A DNA stretch of 64,000 nucleotides from a virus (taxonomy: Duplodnaviria > Caudoviricetes), in IMG/VR virus record IMGVR_UViG_3300028804_000003, positions 16,859-80,858 of that record; one strand, given 5' to 3'. The translations under genes and the position numbers were made by a program. The notes beneath the pieces are model-generated. The model was given only the letters and a program-made list of their open reading frames with translations. It was not told the DNA's origin and did not search any database. Shown here piece by piece: positions 38,742 to 48,063 of the stretch (position 1 is the stretch's first letter; each line of letters opens with the position of its first letter).

Positions 38742-39278
38742 TTAGTCGTTTCCGTTTCCGGGAGCCAGCTTCATGCCAGCCGTGGGGTTGCCCGCTTCCT
38801 TCTCGGGCATCTTCATTTCGGTCGGGTCGATCAGCACCTCGGGCTCGGGAATATCCCACGGCCAATCGAAGTCGAAGATACCTTCACGGGTCTTCTTGGT
38901 GCGATGGAATCGCAAGCTGGCCGTGCCCTTACCTTCCTTCAGGGCCTCTTCGATTTTCTCGGCAGTCTTGGAATCCCAAGGCATCAGATAGTAGACCGGC
39001 GCACCATCCAGATTGTCGAGCAGGATGTAGATGTTCTTGCCGGTATCAGGCTTGTAGCCAAGGATGACTCCACCCTCGGGAACGTTGAAGAGCATCGCAG
39101 GCTTGGGGCTGCCGGTCGATACCGCCAAGGCGAAGTAGACCATCGGGAATCCGATGAAGAAGGCCACCATGGCGATAGGCCTATATACCGTTTCCGTGCG
39201 GGCATGGGCGATGAGCCAAGCCATCACACCGAACATCGAGAGCAGGGTGAGCCCTGTGATTGCATGTTGCCAAGTCAT
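38742..39278 (-). CDS. membrane protein (2 TM + soluble domain), third gene of MotA/ExbB-like cassette
   Basis: Two N-terminal hydrophobic helices; ATGA coupling to the upstream gene. Confidence 0.75.
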   Translation of the reverse strand: MTWQHAITGLTLLSMFGVMAWLIAHARTETVYRPIAMVAFFIGFPMVYFALAVSTGSPKPAMLFNVPEGGVILGYKPDTGKNIYILLDNLDGAPVYYLMPWDSKTAEKIEEALKEGKGTASLRFHRTKKTREGIFDFDWPWDIPEPEVLIDPTEMKMPEKEAGNPTAGMKLAPGNGND

Positions 39279-39919
39279 CGTCCGTTTCCTCCATTGATGT
39301 AACGGTCGGGCACGGTCAGTGCCCCGTTCTTTTCGAGGTCCTTGTTGCCCACCAGCTTGCGGTAGACGTTGTTGATGCTGGCCATGTCCACAGTGCCATC
39401 TTCCTTGACGATGAAGCGGACGCCGGTCTTCTCCTGTCCGTCAGCCTTGATGACGATCTTGGTCACGACGATGTTGTTGATCGTGTCATTGCTGTAGCGG
39501 TCGCGCATAGACACTCCCATGTCAACCGTCATAGGGAACTTAGCAAATGCGCAGCGGAAGCACTGCACATTGATGATGTACTCACCGGGCACGACGCCAC
39601 GGGTGAAGGCGTCCTCATAGTTGATCGGCGTGGCATCCGGCAGGACTCCGCGATCATCACGCAGAAGGTTCCAGATGATGCCAGCCTTGTTGCTATAGCC
39701 CACGGGACCGGGCTCATCGGGACCTATCATCCAAATATCCACGTCCGTATCGCCGTTCGGCCAGACGATGTGGGCGATGATGTCCCCGGCAGCCTTGGCC
39801 TCACCCTTGCCAGAGTCGGCCTTGGGGTTGAGGTTGGCGATCATGATGGCCACGAGGATCGCAAACATGGCCACCACGATCAGCGAGTAGGCGCGGAAGA
39901 GAAGGTAGGTGCTCTTCAC
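39275..39919 (-). CDS. single-pass MotB/ExbD-position partner with YfaP/DUF2135-like periplasmic domain
   Basis: N-terminal TM ending 'NP'; 'WP...DVDIW..GP', 'LRDDRG...NYED...PGEYIINV'; GTGA coupling. Confidence 0.65.
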   Translation of the reverse strand: MKSTYLLFRAYSLIVVAMFAILVAIMIANLNPKADSGKGEAKAAGDIIAHIVWPNGDTDVDIWMIGPDEPGPVGYSNKAGIIWNLLRDDRGVLPDATPINYEDAFTRGVVPGEYIINVQCFRCAFAKFPMTVDMGVSMRDRYSNDTINNIVVTKIVIKADGQEKTGVRFIVKEDGTVDMASINNVYRKLVGNKDLEKNGALTVPDRYINGGNGR

Positions 39920-40482
39920 AGGCCTTCCTCCATGATGGAGCGGGCCAGAGCCTCTTCCTCGGTAGCCGCCACGAAGTCAGCCGTGTGCTTCATGACCGAG
40001 TAGTTCACCTCTGTCCACAGGGCGCACATCGCACCGACGAGCGTAGTGCTGATTTCGACACGCAGGCCAGTGATAAGCTGTACGCCGATGGTCTTCAGAC
40101 CATCCACGCTGTTGATGTTGCCGGTGTTCACGCCGGACAGGGAAATCATCAGGCCATATAGGGTGCCGATGAGTCCGAGAAACAGCATCCAGCCAGCCGC
40201 GCGTTCGATCCATTCCATCTGCTTGATGCGAAGCTCGCCCACCCAGTCATCGAGATAGACATGATTGCCGGTGAGGTTGTTGAACGCCTTGTTCAGTTCC
40301 TTGGCCTTGAACCATGTGCCAATCCAGACCAACCCGAACAGGCTGACGGTGGCATAGTTCAGGCCGGTCGTGTCGGAATGAAACAGCTTCAGGAACCAGC
40401 CGGACTGGTAGTTGGTGACGGCCAGCCAAGCGATGGCCAGTGCATTGAGCAGCACCATCTTGTAGATCAGGATGTTCTTCAC
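39916..40482 (-). CDS. MotA/TolQ/ExbB proton-channel family protein
   Basis: 'LFLGLIGTLYG' and 'GLRVEISTTLVG' match the ExbB TM2/TM3 Thr-containing motifs. Confidence 0.8.
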   Translation of the reverse strand: MKNILIYKMVLLNALAIAWLAVTNYQSGWFLKLFHSDTTGLNYATVSLFGLVWIGTWFKAKELNKAFNNLTGNHVYLDDWVGELRIKQMEWIERAAGWMLFLGLIGTLYGLMISLSGVNTGNINSVDGLKTIGVQLITGLRVEISTTLVGAMCALWTEVNYSVMKHTADFVAATEEEALARSIMEEGL

Positions 40483-40497
40483 GTGGTTCTCCTATGG

Positions 40498-40689
40498 TTA
40501 CCAGCGGGGAGGTGGCGGGGCATTGCGCGCCGCTTCCTCATACCTTTCCTTGAAAGCAAGGTCTGTGCCAAGCTCACGTTGAAGCTGTGCCAGACTGACG
40601 TTCGCGCTCTGCGCACAAGTGATGTCAGGGAACCCCCTGCCCTTGGCGATGATGACCTGCTCTTTCCAAGCCTTGATGACGGTGACCAT
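40498..40689 (-). CDS. small hypothetical protein
   Basis: TAATG coupling to terS. Confidence 0.6.
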   Translation of the reverse strand: MVTVIKAWKEQVIIAKGRGFPDITCAQSANVSLAQLQRELGTDLAFKERYEEAARNAPPPPRW

Positions 40690-41417
40690 TATCGCTCTAC
40701 CTTGATTTGTCCACTTGTTTGTACGTTAACCGGCTTAGTGTCCACTACAGTAGGCGTTATGTCAATCATATTCTCCTTCTGGCGAGCAAGTGTATCCGAC
40801 GCGCGCTTCTCCCAAGCACTGACATCTCGGGCGCGCGGCGGCAGCATGGCCACGCCGTGCGTGATGTTGCCGCTGATCTTGACCTCGGTCTGCTCGCCGT
40901 ACTTCTCACGCATGTTGGCCTTGTACCAGAACTGAGTGAGCCCTGAGTCATAGACGCGCTTGTAGCCGAACACCGCGCCCTGATAGGTCATGGGCTCAAG
41001 GGTGCCGTCGAGGACACGATGACGAATCTTTTCTTCAGCTTCAAACATGAAGAAGATGTCGAGAGCCATCTGCCAGTTGCGCTCAAAGTCAGGGAACTTA
41101 TCCTTGGCCATATAGAGCGCGCGCATACCGAGACCGCAATTGATCTGTGCTTTCTTCACACTGCCGGTCTTTGACAGAACGGCCAAGAACTTGCGATGGC
41201 TTTCTTCCATGCGCAAATCCACCTGATTGATCGGGCGGTTCTTCTCAGGATAAACGACAACCCACTCATCCTTAGCGGAAGCCATCTGTGCTTCCTCATC
41301 CGGCTTAAACCTCGGCGTGAGGCGAGCAGGAGTCTTCGGAGCCGTTACGGGCTCTTCGACTTCCTCAATCTCCCACGGATCGAGTTCAACTGGTTCCGGC
41401 TTCTGCTTTCTTGCCAT
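40689..41417 (-). CDS. terS: terminase small subunit
   Basis: 'KFLAVLSKTGSVKKA..CG...LY..KDKFPDFERNW..AL...RVLDGT.EP..YQG....YKRVYD' HTH pattern of alphaproteobacterial phage TerS. Confidence 0.75.
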   Translation of the reverse strand: MARKQKPEPVELDPWEIEEVEEPVTAPKTPARLTPRFKPDEEAQMASAKDEWVVVYPEKNRPINQVDLRMEESHRKFLAVLSKTGSVKKAQINCGLGMRALYMAKDKFPDFERNWQMALDIFFMFEAEEKIRHRVLDGTLEPMTYQGAVFGYKRVYDSGLTQFWYKANMREKYGEQTEVKISGNITHGVAMLPPRARDVSAWEKRASDTLARQKENMIDITPTVVDTKPVNVQTSGQIKVER

Positions 41418-42921
41418 TCGTCTTCGCCTTCTTCGCGGGCTTTGCGCCCTTCTTTGCTGAGTTGTCCACGTTTGCGCCAGCGCTACCATCCACATTCATC
41501 CCCGTTGCAAACGGAGACTCGATGGTCGGTTCTTTCTCAAGCTCACTGACGTTCTCTTCGTTGTCGAAGTCGTCAGCCAGAGCACCACGGCGCTTCATCT
41601 CATCGGTGAAGTGCTTGCGCGAGAGGTCGCGGTTGCGGCGGGCTTCAGCCAGAACGCGCATGTCGGCATCCTTGACTTCTTCCGGCCCGAAGTCAGTGGT
41701 GATGAGCACCTTGCCTTCGAACTTCTTGCCAAGCCAATCTGCCGTGATCTTCAGCGCGGTCTCGACACAGTCGATGAAGCGGATGGTCATATCCTGAAGC
41801 GGCGAAGTTGCTTCAGCGGAGTCGAGTGCGCGCGCCGTGGCAGTGGTGCCGCCCGGACGCTTGCGCAAGAACTCCGCACCATATGCGGCCATGTCCTGTT
41901 CGAGCTTGTCGAGGTCCTTGGCACCCTCTTGGATAGCCTTGCCCTCGTGCTCGACGTAGTAGAACTTTCCGTTCTCGGCGCGAGTGGCGAGAAGCTGACG
42001 CGGACCAATAACCATCACATCGTTGTTGGGCGTGTCGTGCGCGCCGCTGACGGCGAGCATCGGAAAGCGCGCGACTGTGAGGATGTTCCTTTGATCGGAC
42101 ATCGACTGCCAGTGCGCAATGTTCAAATAGGCGAGGTCTTCCAGCGGCGGCTTGCCGGTCATCGGACCATCCTGATTGGCATAGAAGGTCACCCACGGGA
42201 TGTAGTCCAAGCCGGTTTCACCCTGAGAGATGGTCACCCAAATTGACTTCTTCGTCTTGGGGTCCTGCCTTTCCTCCATGAGCCACCACCAACCGGGTTC
42301 AAGCACACGGATGCGATTGACGATACGCTCGGTGTATCCATCCATCTCGACTTCGGTTTCCCAAATGCGGATGTGGACCGGCTGAACCTCACCAGCGATC
42401 TTGGCGAACGACATGAACAACACGTTCTCGGGAGCGATGAGGGTCCAGTAGGGACGATTCTTTTCGGCCAAATCATCGGCCAATGTGCGGGGCACCGAAT
42501 AGTCGATGACCGGCATATCAATCAGGATGTGAGCGAAGCTCTTGGCGATACCTTCACGGAACCACTGACGGCAAAAGATGCCGATGCTGTTGGACTGAAG
42601 GTCCACGTCATCAAGGAAGTTATCACCCTCAAGCTCGGGCAGAACGTCTTCAACCTTGACCGGGTCCGAGAACGGCTTACCGACCAAGGACTCCAAGGTC
42701 AGTTCCGTCATGTTCAGAAGGGTCGTGGTATTCAGGCGGTCGCGGTAGTTCTCATCTGACTCGTGGGGATGCTGAGGCAAGTAGGTTTTGCCTGCCGCGC
42801 GCATGGCCGAGGTCCCGCCGAGAAGGGTGTTAATCATCCTCCACTTCGGGTACATGTAGTCATAGGCCGCACTCGTGGTGCTCGGACTCTTCCTCTTCTC
42901 ATCAATGCTGGCCACGCTCAT
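41386..42921 (-). CDS. portal protein (DUF4055-like)
   Basis: 'LLGGTSAMRAAGKTYLPQHPHESDENYRDRL', 'PPLEDLAYLNIAHWQSMSDQRNIL'. Confidence 0.88.
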   Translation of the reverse strand: MSVASIDEKRKSPSTTSAAYDYMYPKWRMINTLLGGTSAMRAAGKTYLPQHPHESDENYRDRLNTTTLLNMTELTLESLVGKPFSDPVKVEDVLPELEGDNFLDDVDLQSNSIGIFCRQWFREGIAKSFAHILIDMPVIDYSVPRTLADDLAEKNRPYWTLIAPENVLFMSFAKIAGEVQPVHIRIWETEVEMDGYTERIVNRIRVLEPGWWWLMEERQDPKTKKSIWVTISQGETGLDYIPWVTFYANQDGPMTGKPPLEDLAYLNIAHWQSMSDQRNILTVARFPMLAVSGAHDTPNNDVMVIGPRQLLATRAENGKFYYVEHEGKAIQEGAKDLDKLEQDMAAYGAEFLRKRPGGTTATARALDSAEATSPLQDMTIRFIDCVETALKITADWLGKKFEGKVLITTDFGPEEVKDADMRVLAEARRNRDLSRKHFTDEMKRRGALADDFDNEENVSELEKEPTIESPFATGMNVDGSAGANVDNSAKKGAKPAKKAKTNGKKAEAGTS

Positions 42922-42975
42922 CTCCTTCGGTCATAATCCGCCTGTTTACCACTCCGTCCGTCCGGCTTCAAGCCC

Positions 42976-43572
42976 TCAGAAAGATTTGCGCCTTGGTCGT
43001 GTTTCTTTCACTCCGGGCGGTCGTCCGATACCATTCTTGACCTTCTTCTCAATCTCTGAACATATCCACCCCGGAAAGTTGGAAGACCCAAACCTTTGAC
43101 GAGAACAAGACCTAGACTGACCATGTGCTTCACCTGCCGCCTTCACAGAAGGATACGCCACGCCGTCCACGAAAACCTCTTTCCTGTTCTGGCCGAGCTT
43201 CGCCCTCCACTCAGGGCTCATCTTCCTACCCTTCAGTGCGGCGCTGATTTTCTTTGCCGAGGATGCCGCCACGAGTGTCCCACCCGGAGAGGTGTTTCTA
43301 CCCCTTGGCGCGAGCGTCCCGTATGCCTTGATGAACTCGGTCTCCAAAACTCTGAGGGTGTGAGGGTCCTTGCACGAGACAAGCATCTTGAATTTCGCAG
43401 CATCACCATGTACCCGCAAACCCTCGGCAACCAAAGTGTCCTTACCCCAACGAGCGTGTCCATAATGGTCACGACGCCTTTTGTTCAAAGGCTTCTGCGT
43501 CAGACCCACATAGTTCAGTCCGTCAGGAAACTCGATTAGATACACACCAGACATTTCAAATAGGTTTATCAT
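42976..43572 (-). CDS. free-standing GIY-YIG homing endonuclease with NUMOD3-like motif
   Basis: 'GVYLI....NYVGLT...RRRDH', 'KISAALKGRKMSPEWRAKL'. Confidence 0.85.
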   Translation of the reverse strand: MINLFEMSGVYLIEFPDGLNYVGLTQKPLNKRRRDHYGHARWGKDTLVAEGLRVHGDAAKFKMLVSCKDPHTLRVLETEFIKAYGTLAPRGRNTSPGGTLVAASSAKKISAALKGRKMSPEWRAKLGQNRKEVFVDGVAYPSVKAAGEAHGQSRSCSRQRFGSSNFPGWICSEIEKKVKNGIGRPPGVKETRPRRKSF

Positions 43573-43573
43573 C

Positions 43574-45136
43574 CTAAAAAGTCCTGCGCCACATTCCGGG
43601 GATCACCCAGTTCAGGCGGTATCGCGTCATATCTCCCAAGTGGTCCTCGTACTTCTCGGGCACGTCATCGGGATCGGCCTTGTCGCGCGGCATGGTAGGC
43701 ACATAGGTGAGCCACCACTTGCATCGCTCGCAGACGAACAGTCCCGGCTTCTCACGTGTGCCGTCACGACCCGGCTTGGCCTGAGTGAGGCGCGAGCGGA
43801 TCATCTGCCATCCGCGCTTGCGCGAGCCCGGAGTCTTGTCGGCGCGTTCCCAGTATACGCCCTTGTCCATCATGTCATCTATCGGCGCGCGCCCGGTGCC
43901 GCGAGAATCCTTGGACCAAATTTCCGTGTCAGCCGGACCCGGCAACACTCGACCTCGTAGCCCCATGTCTTCTTCGCGGTCGAGGATACCCTGTGCGATG
44001 TTGCCCGCTTCCATGCGGACGCCGGTCTGCTCTTCGCCGGTCGTGCCGTACCACTCGTTGAACAGGATCAGATCGCCGCGAATGCGACCGTACTCTTCAC
44101 CCTTCCACTTGATGGGCTCGCCGGAAGACTCCAGCCACCAACCGACAGCGAAAGGATGCGACTGGCCGTGGTCGTAGGCGCGGGTGATGCGCCACGACCT
44201 CGGAATGAGCTTGGCCGGGAAGTCCGGTAGCACGTGGTACTTCGCATCCCACAGGTCATCGACCATGCCGCCCGCGTTCACATCCCATGAGCCTTCGATC
44301 CACGCGGCAGCCTGTGCCGGATTGGTCGCGGCCTGCATGATCTGCTGAGGATAGTTCGGCGCGGTGTGCAGGAGCAGGAAGTTCTCGGACAAGTGACCAC
44401 GGATGGCCACGCGCTGCACCTCACCCGGATTGTGGATGATCTTCGAACGGAAGTGCGGCAGCTTGAAGCGCTTCTTCACCCAAGAGTGGCCCACACCATA
44501 CGGGTTCGTGGTTGCGCGAATGCGGCAGGGCACACCCGGCGCGGTCGGGCGACAGCACGAGAACATCAGCTTGTAGGCCTTATCATTGTCCCACTGTGTA
44601 AGCTCTTCGAATGCGATCCATGGGTACTCATGCCCGTGGTATCCTTCGTAGTCGTTCTCATCGAGCATGTGACGGAGCAATAGCTGCTCGCCGTCCGGCC
44701 ACACGCAGGCATAGTCGGCCTTGGACTTCTTGAACATGAAGCCGGGGAACACCTTGGGATAGACCTCTTCCACCTTGCGCACCACGTCATCGAGGTCGCC
44801 GTAGGTTCGACGGAACAGGATGCCACGCCAAGCCTTGCCGTAGCCTTTGCCGACATCCGCCGCGAAGTCCATGAGCAGGGTCATGGTTTTGCCGGGGCCG
44901 CGCGTCCCTTCGTATAGGGTCTCGAAGGCAGGGGATTCCAAGAAGTCGTACTGCGAGCCGGGAAGCGGCATCCATGCAGGAGTCGCAATAACATCCCCGT
45001 TGGCATTCACATGGCACGGCTTCCAGATGCCGAGGCCATCGGGTGTGGACATGAGTCTCCAAACGGCTCTGGTGCCGTCTTCAACTTGCCACACTTCCTT
45101 TTCGTCTAGCACAACGGGGATGAATTCTTGCGTCAT
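43574..45136 (-). CDS. terL: terminase large subunit
   Basis: Walker A 'EGTRGPGKT', Walker B 'IAFEELT', 'RATTNPYG', nuclease 'AYDHG', 'EDHLGDMTRY'. Confidence 0.93.
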   Translation of the reverse strand: MTQEFIPVVLDEKEVWQVEDGTRAVWRLMSTPDGLGIWKPCHVNANGDVIATPAWMPLPGSQYDFLESPAFETLYEGTRGPGKTMTLLMDFAADVGKGYGKAWRGILFRRTYGDLDDVVRKVEEVYPKVFPGFMFKKSKADYACVWPDGEQLLLRHMLDENDYEGYHGHEYPWIAFEELTQWDNDKAYKLMFSCCRPTAPGVPCRIRATTNPYGVGHSWVKKRFKLPHFRSKIIHNPGEVQRVAIRGHLSENFLLLHTAPNYPQQIMQAATNPAQAAAWIEGSWDVNAGGMVDDLWDAKYHVLPDFPAKLIPRSWRITRAYDHGQSHPFAVGWWLESSGEPIKWKGEEYGRIRGDLILFNEWYGTTGEEQTGVRMEAGNIAQGILDREEDMGLRGRVLPGPADTEIWSKDSRGTGRAPIDDMMDKGVYWERADKTPGSRKRGWQMIRSRLTQAKPGRDGTREKPGLFVCERCKWWLTYVPTMPRDKADPDDVPEKYEDHLGDMTRYRLNWVIPGMWRRTF

Positions 45137-45312
45137 CGTTATAACTCCTTCTTATCACAGGAGTATCGGTCATGACGTACCGTGTTGTCAACCCTGACTT
45201 CTCCGGGAGAGAAAAAAGTCGGGGCGATTATTGGCTCACCCTCAAATCAACCCCGAAGGAGTTGGACGATGACAACGTCCGAAATCTACCACATGTTTCG
45301 GACATGTCAACC

Positions 45313-45675
45313 CTAAATATCGAAAGGGTTATCGTCTTCAGCTTTGAAGGTCCCGATGTCCTTCAGATACCAATAGAGGCTCTTCACTCGATCCAGTTCA
45401 GGGTGATCGTGTATCCACTGGCCGGTCGATGGATTGAAGGATTCCATGAAGAAGAAGTCCAGATCGGGCGCACCCGTGTCTATGGATGTGTCCACCATGA
45501 GGCTCATTGCGTCGAAGTCGGCGTCACTCAGGATCGAGTCGTTCTCGAACTCATAGGCATACGCGGCCAGCGCCAAGCGGATGCGAAGCTGGCGCTGGAA
45601 ACATGCCTCGGGCGTGTAGACATCATTTCGTATCGGGCGGCTTACCCGCGTAGTTTTCGTTTTGCCACTCATCAT
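45313..45675 (-). CDS. stand-alone NAD-dependent ligase domain Ia-like protein
   Basis: 'LALAAYAYE...SILSDADFDAM' resembles LigA Ia (Y-Y...P.ISD.EYD). Confidence 0.65.
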   Translation of the reverse strand: MMSGKTKTTRVSRPIRNDVYTPEACFQRQLRIRLALAAYAYEFENDSILSDADFDAMSLMVDTSIDTGAPDLDFFFMESFNPSTGQWIHDHPELDRVKSLYWYLKDIGTFKAEDDNPFDI

Positions 45676-46030
45676 CGCTCCTGTAATTCATGTGCCACAG
45701 CACCTTGGCAAGGTACTTGGCCGCATATCCCACGACCGATTCCGGCAGGCCGGGGACTGCAAGGTGCAGGCTCTCATGCACGATCAATTCCAGACGGCGC
45801 ATACCCTTGGATCGAACATCAATCTCGATGAAGGGGTGCTTGACCGGCGTCACTTCCGCGAAGTGTGGATGACTGGCGAGCCCATGCGCGCGGCGTCTCC
45901 ACAGCTTGTATATGAAGATGTGCGGCAGCTTACGCAGGTCAATCCCACCCGGCTCTTTCCTTGCTCTTGGCACGACGCTCGACCCTCCTTGGCTTCTCTT
46001 TCGGGAAGACTGGTTTGTCAGGCTTGGCAT
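45623..46030 (-). CDS. hypothetical protein with HExxH motif
   Basis: 'LELIVHESLH'; start uncertain. Confidence 0.55.
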   Translation of the reverse strand: MPSLTNQSSRKRSQGGSSVVPRARKEPGGIDLRKLPHIFIYKLWRRRAHGLASHPHFAEVTPVKHPFIEIDVRSKGMRRLELIVHESLHLAVPGLPESVVGYAAKYLAKVLWHMNYRSDDEWQNENYAGKPPDTK

Positions 46031-46132
46031 TACGCCGATGCTTTTTCGCGGGCGGGGTCCACATGTTCGGGGACTTGTTTTTGCGGGGCATCGGCACCTC
46101 CAAGCACTTGATGCCTGAAGGCTACCCGATGT

Positions 46133-46471
46133 CTAGCTGTTGCGCAAGTCGTGATAGTTTGCGTAGTCTTCTGCCATCATTCGGACACAGTCGAGCGGCG
46201 TCCAGTCCTTGTCTGCCGGAATCCAGAAATTCAGGACATCCTCGGACCACTCGCCCTTGACCTTGTGCCTGAAGCCAACAATCCACTTGTAGGTGTGGGT
46301 CTTCACAGTCACGGTGGAGATGTCAGTCGGGCGATCCATGATGTCGAAGGGCTCACGCTCGACGCAGCGGTAGTGAGGGGCCTCGTGCGTCACCCACGAG
46401 CCCGCCAGAGGCCCACCGATGCAGAGGCCTCTCCACTTAGGCTTGGGCTGCCAATCCTCGTCAGCGGTCAT
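46133..46471 (-). CDS. hypothetical protein
   Basis: 'CIGGPLAG' motif common in phage ORFans; gene tiling. Confidence 0.65.
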   Translation of the reverse strand: MTADEDWQPKPKWRGLCIGGPLAGSWVTHEAPHYRCVEREPFDIMDRPTDISTVTVKTHTYKWIVGFRHKVKGEWSEDVLNFWIPADKDWTPLDCVRMMAEDYANYHDLRNS

Positions 46472-46958
46472 CTGCGCTGCCGCCCTTCATGCCGCGCTTC
46501 TGACGGCGCTTCTCGATCTTGATCTTCTTGATGTCGGCCAGAGCCTCGGCATCCGTCTTCTGGACCGGCGCTGCGTATTCCGGCATGTCGCCCTTGGCCG
46601 CAAGCTCGGCATCCGTGCGGACGTGCTCGATGGCCTTGTTCGGATCAGCCGTCTTCCAGTCCGGCCAGTCGCGGCCAGCGTTCTTGGCCTGCTTCTTGAG
46701 CAGCATGGGTAGGACCATGGTCAGCTTGCCGCCTGCACGAAGGAACCCGTCGATGCTGAGGATGACGGCGTCGATCCATTCCTCAAGGTCGTAGGGATCG
46801 TCCGTGATTTCCTTGACCTCCTTCTTCAGGTGGTCGAGGGGACCGAGCGGGCCGCGACCGTCTGCCGGTGTGCCAAACGTGGCATGGCCCCATTCGAGAT
46901 GACGACGCAGATAGTCTTCGAACGAGTCTGTCTTCGTGTGATTGAACTCATACGGCAT
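46461..46958 (-). CDS. dATP/dGTP pyrophosphohydrolase (DUF550, MazG-like)
   Basis: 'EWGHATFG...GPLDHLKKEVKE...DLEEWID..ILSIDG...KQAKN..RDWPDWK...KAIEHVR'. Confidence 0.85.
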   Translation of the reverse strand: MPYEFNHTKTDSFEDYLRRHLEWGHATFGTPADGRGPLGPLDHLKKEVKEITDDPYDLEEWIDAVILSIDGFLRAGGKLTMVLPMLLKKQAKNAGRDWPDWKTADPNKAIEHVRTDAELAAKGDMPEYAAPVQKTDAEALADIKKIKIEKRRQKRGMKGGSADDR

Positions 46959-46983
46959 GAGCTATCCTTTCAAGTTGATGATA

Positions 46984-47340
46984 TTAGACGCGGTCATGAA
47001 CGAAATATTCCACTGTCTGGTACTCGCCGGTACGCAGGAACATCTCGATGATGTGGTTGTAATTCCAGTTGCCTTCAGAGACAGCTTCGAACCATGCCTT
47101 CGGCACCTTGCCTATCCCTGCAAGTCGCATGCCGGGAACCATCTGCTTCGTGGCGACCACCGTCATCATGCGGGACACGGGATCATACTTCATCTGCCAA
47201 TTGCCGTTCTCGACATCGGCATAGAATGGCTTCTTGGTGTCGATCTTGCCATTGACCTCACACCACAACCATGTCCCGGTCGCATCATCGCCGGAACAGA
47301 ATGCGGCGTAGCTGCTGGTGCTCTTCGGTTCGTCTGTCAT
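46984..47340 (-). CDS. hypothetical protein
   Basis: GGAG RBS, gene tiling. Confidence 0.65.
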   Translation of the reverse strand: MTDEPKSTSSYAAFCSGDDATGTWLWCEVNGKIDTKKPFYADVENGNWQMKYDPVSRMMTVVATKQMVPGMRLAGIGKVPKAWFEAVSEGNWNYNHIIEMFLRTGEYQTVEYFVHDRV

Positions 47341-47435
47341 TGTCTTCTCCAAAAATATCGCGGGCCTCAGCACAGAGCAACGTGTGCCGTGTTTGGTTTA
47401 TTCCCACTGCGTATCCTTCGTGGGAGCCCTCTCAG

Positions 47436-47696
47436 TCAGGCGTAAGCGTCAACCAGACCGACAGTGGTCTTGGCCTTCCTCTTCGCCTTGTAGCGACGAT
47501 CACGTTCACGCTTCAGACGGCGCGAGCGCTCTTCAGGGGTCTCGGTTATGCCGGTCTGCTCGGTGAACACCGTGCCGCCGTCCGGTGCGAAGCGGGTTGC
47601 AGCGTGTGCCGCGATCAGTGTATTGCGCGGGCCGCTGGTGAGGAAGGTTCCGCTACGGAGCCACGTGAAGAAGTTCTTGATACGGATCATTGTCAT
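47436..47696 (-). CDS. hypothetical basic protein
   Basis: AGGAG RBS. Confidence 0.65.
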   Translation of the reverse strand: MTMIRIKNFFTWLRSGTFLTSGPRNTLIAAHAATRFAPDGGTVFTEQTGITETPEERSRRLKRERDRRYKAKRKAKTTVGLVDAYA

Positions 47697-47720
47697 CTCC
47701 TTTTCTTTGTTTCGAATTGG

Positions 47721-48053
47721 TCACACGTCAATCAGTCCTGCATGAAACTTTCTATGGCAATTAGCGCAAAGACAAACACACTTTGCGACCTCTTCCATTA
47801 TCAGTTTCCACCCTTTGTTAACCAAAAGCCGAGCGACATTCATATCTTTCTGCTTCGGGTCAACATGGTGCCAATCGAGACAAGCCTTCTCAGACTCGCC
47901 GCACTTGATGCAGTGCTTATCGGACATGAAAGCTGCATACCTATCCTTCCGAGTTTGACGCGAGCGTCTTGTGTACTCAAGGTATCTCTCCTTGTTGTCC
48001 ACATAATGCTTGGCGGCATACTCCTTTGGGTTCTTTGCAGGCACTTCTTTCAT
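47721..48053 (-). CDS. HNH endonuclease
   Basis: 'CIKCG...LDWHHVDP..K...KCVCLCANCHRKFH'. Confidence 0.85.
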   Translation of the reverse strand: MKEVPAKNPKEYAAKHYVDNKERYLEYTRRSRQTRKDRYAAFMSDKHCIKCGESEKACLDWHHVDPKQKDMNVARLLVNKGWKLIMEEVAKCVCLCANCHRKFHAGLIDV

Positions 48054-48063
48054 ATCTCCAATG

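Noticed and set aside
38742-40482. Zorya defence system
   Set aside because: No long ZorA tail, no OmpA-like peptidoglycan-binding domain in the partner, and no zorC/D/E.
42976-43572. Group I intron splitting terL or portal
   Set aside because: Both flanking genes look complete with their own start and stop, so the endonuclease is free-standing.
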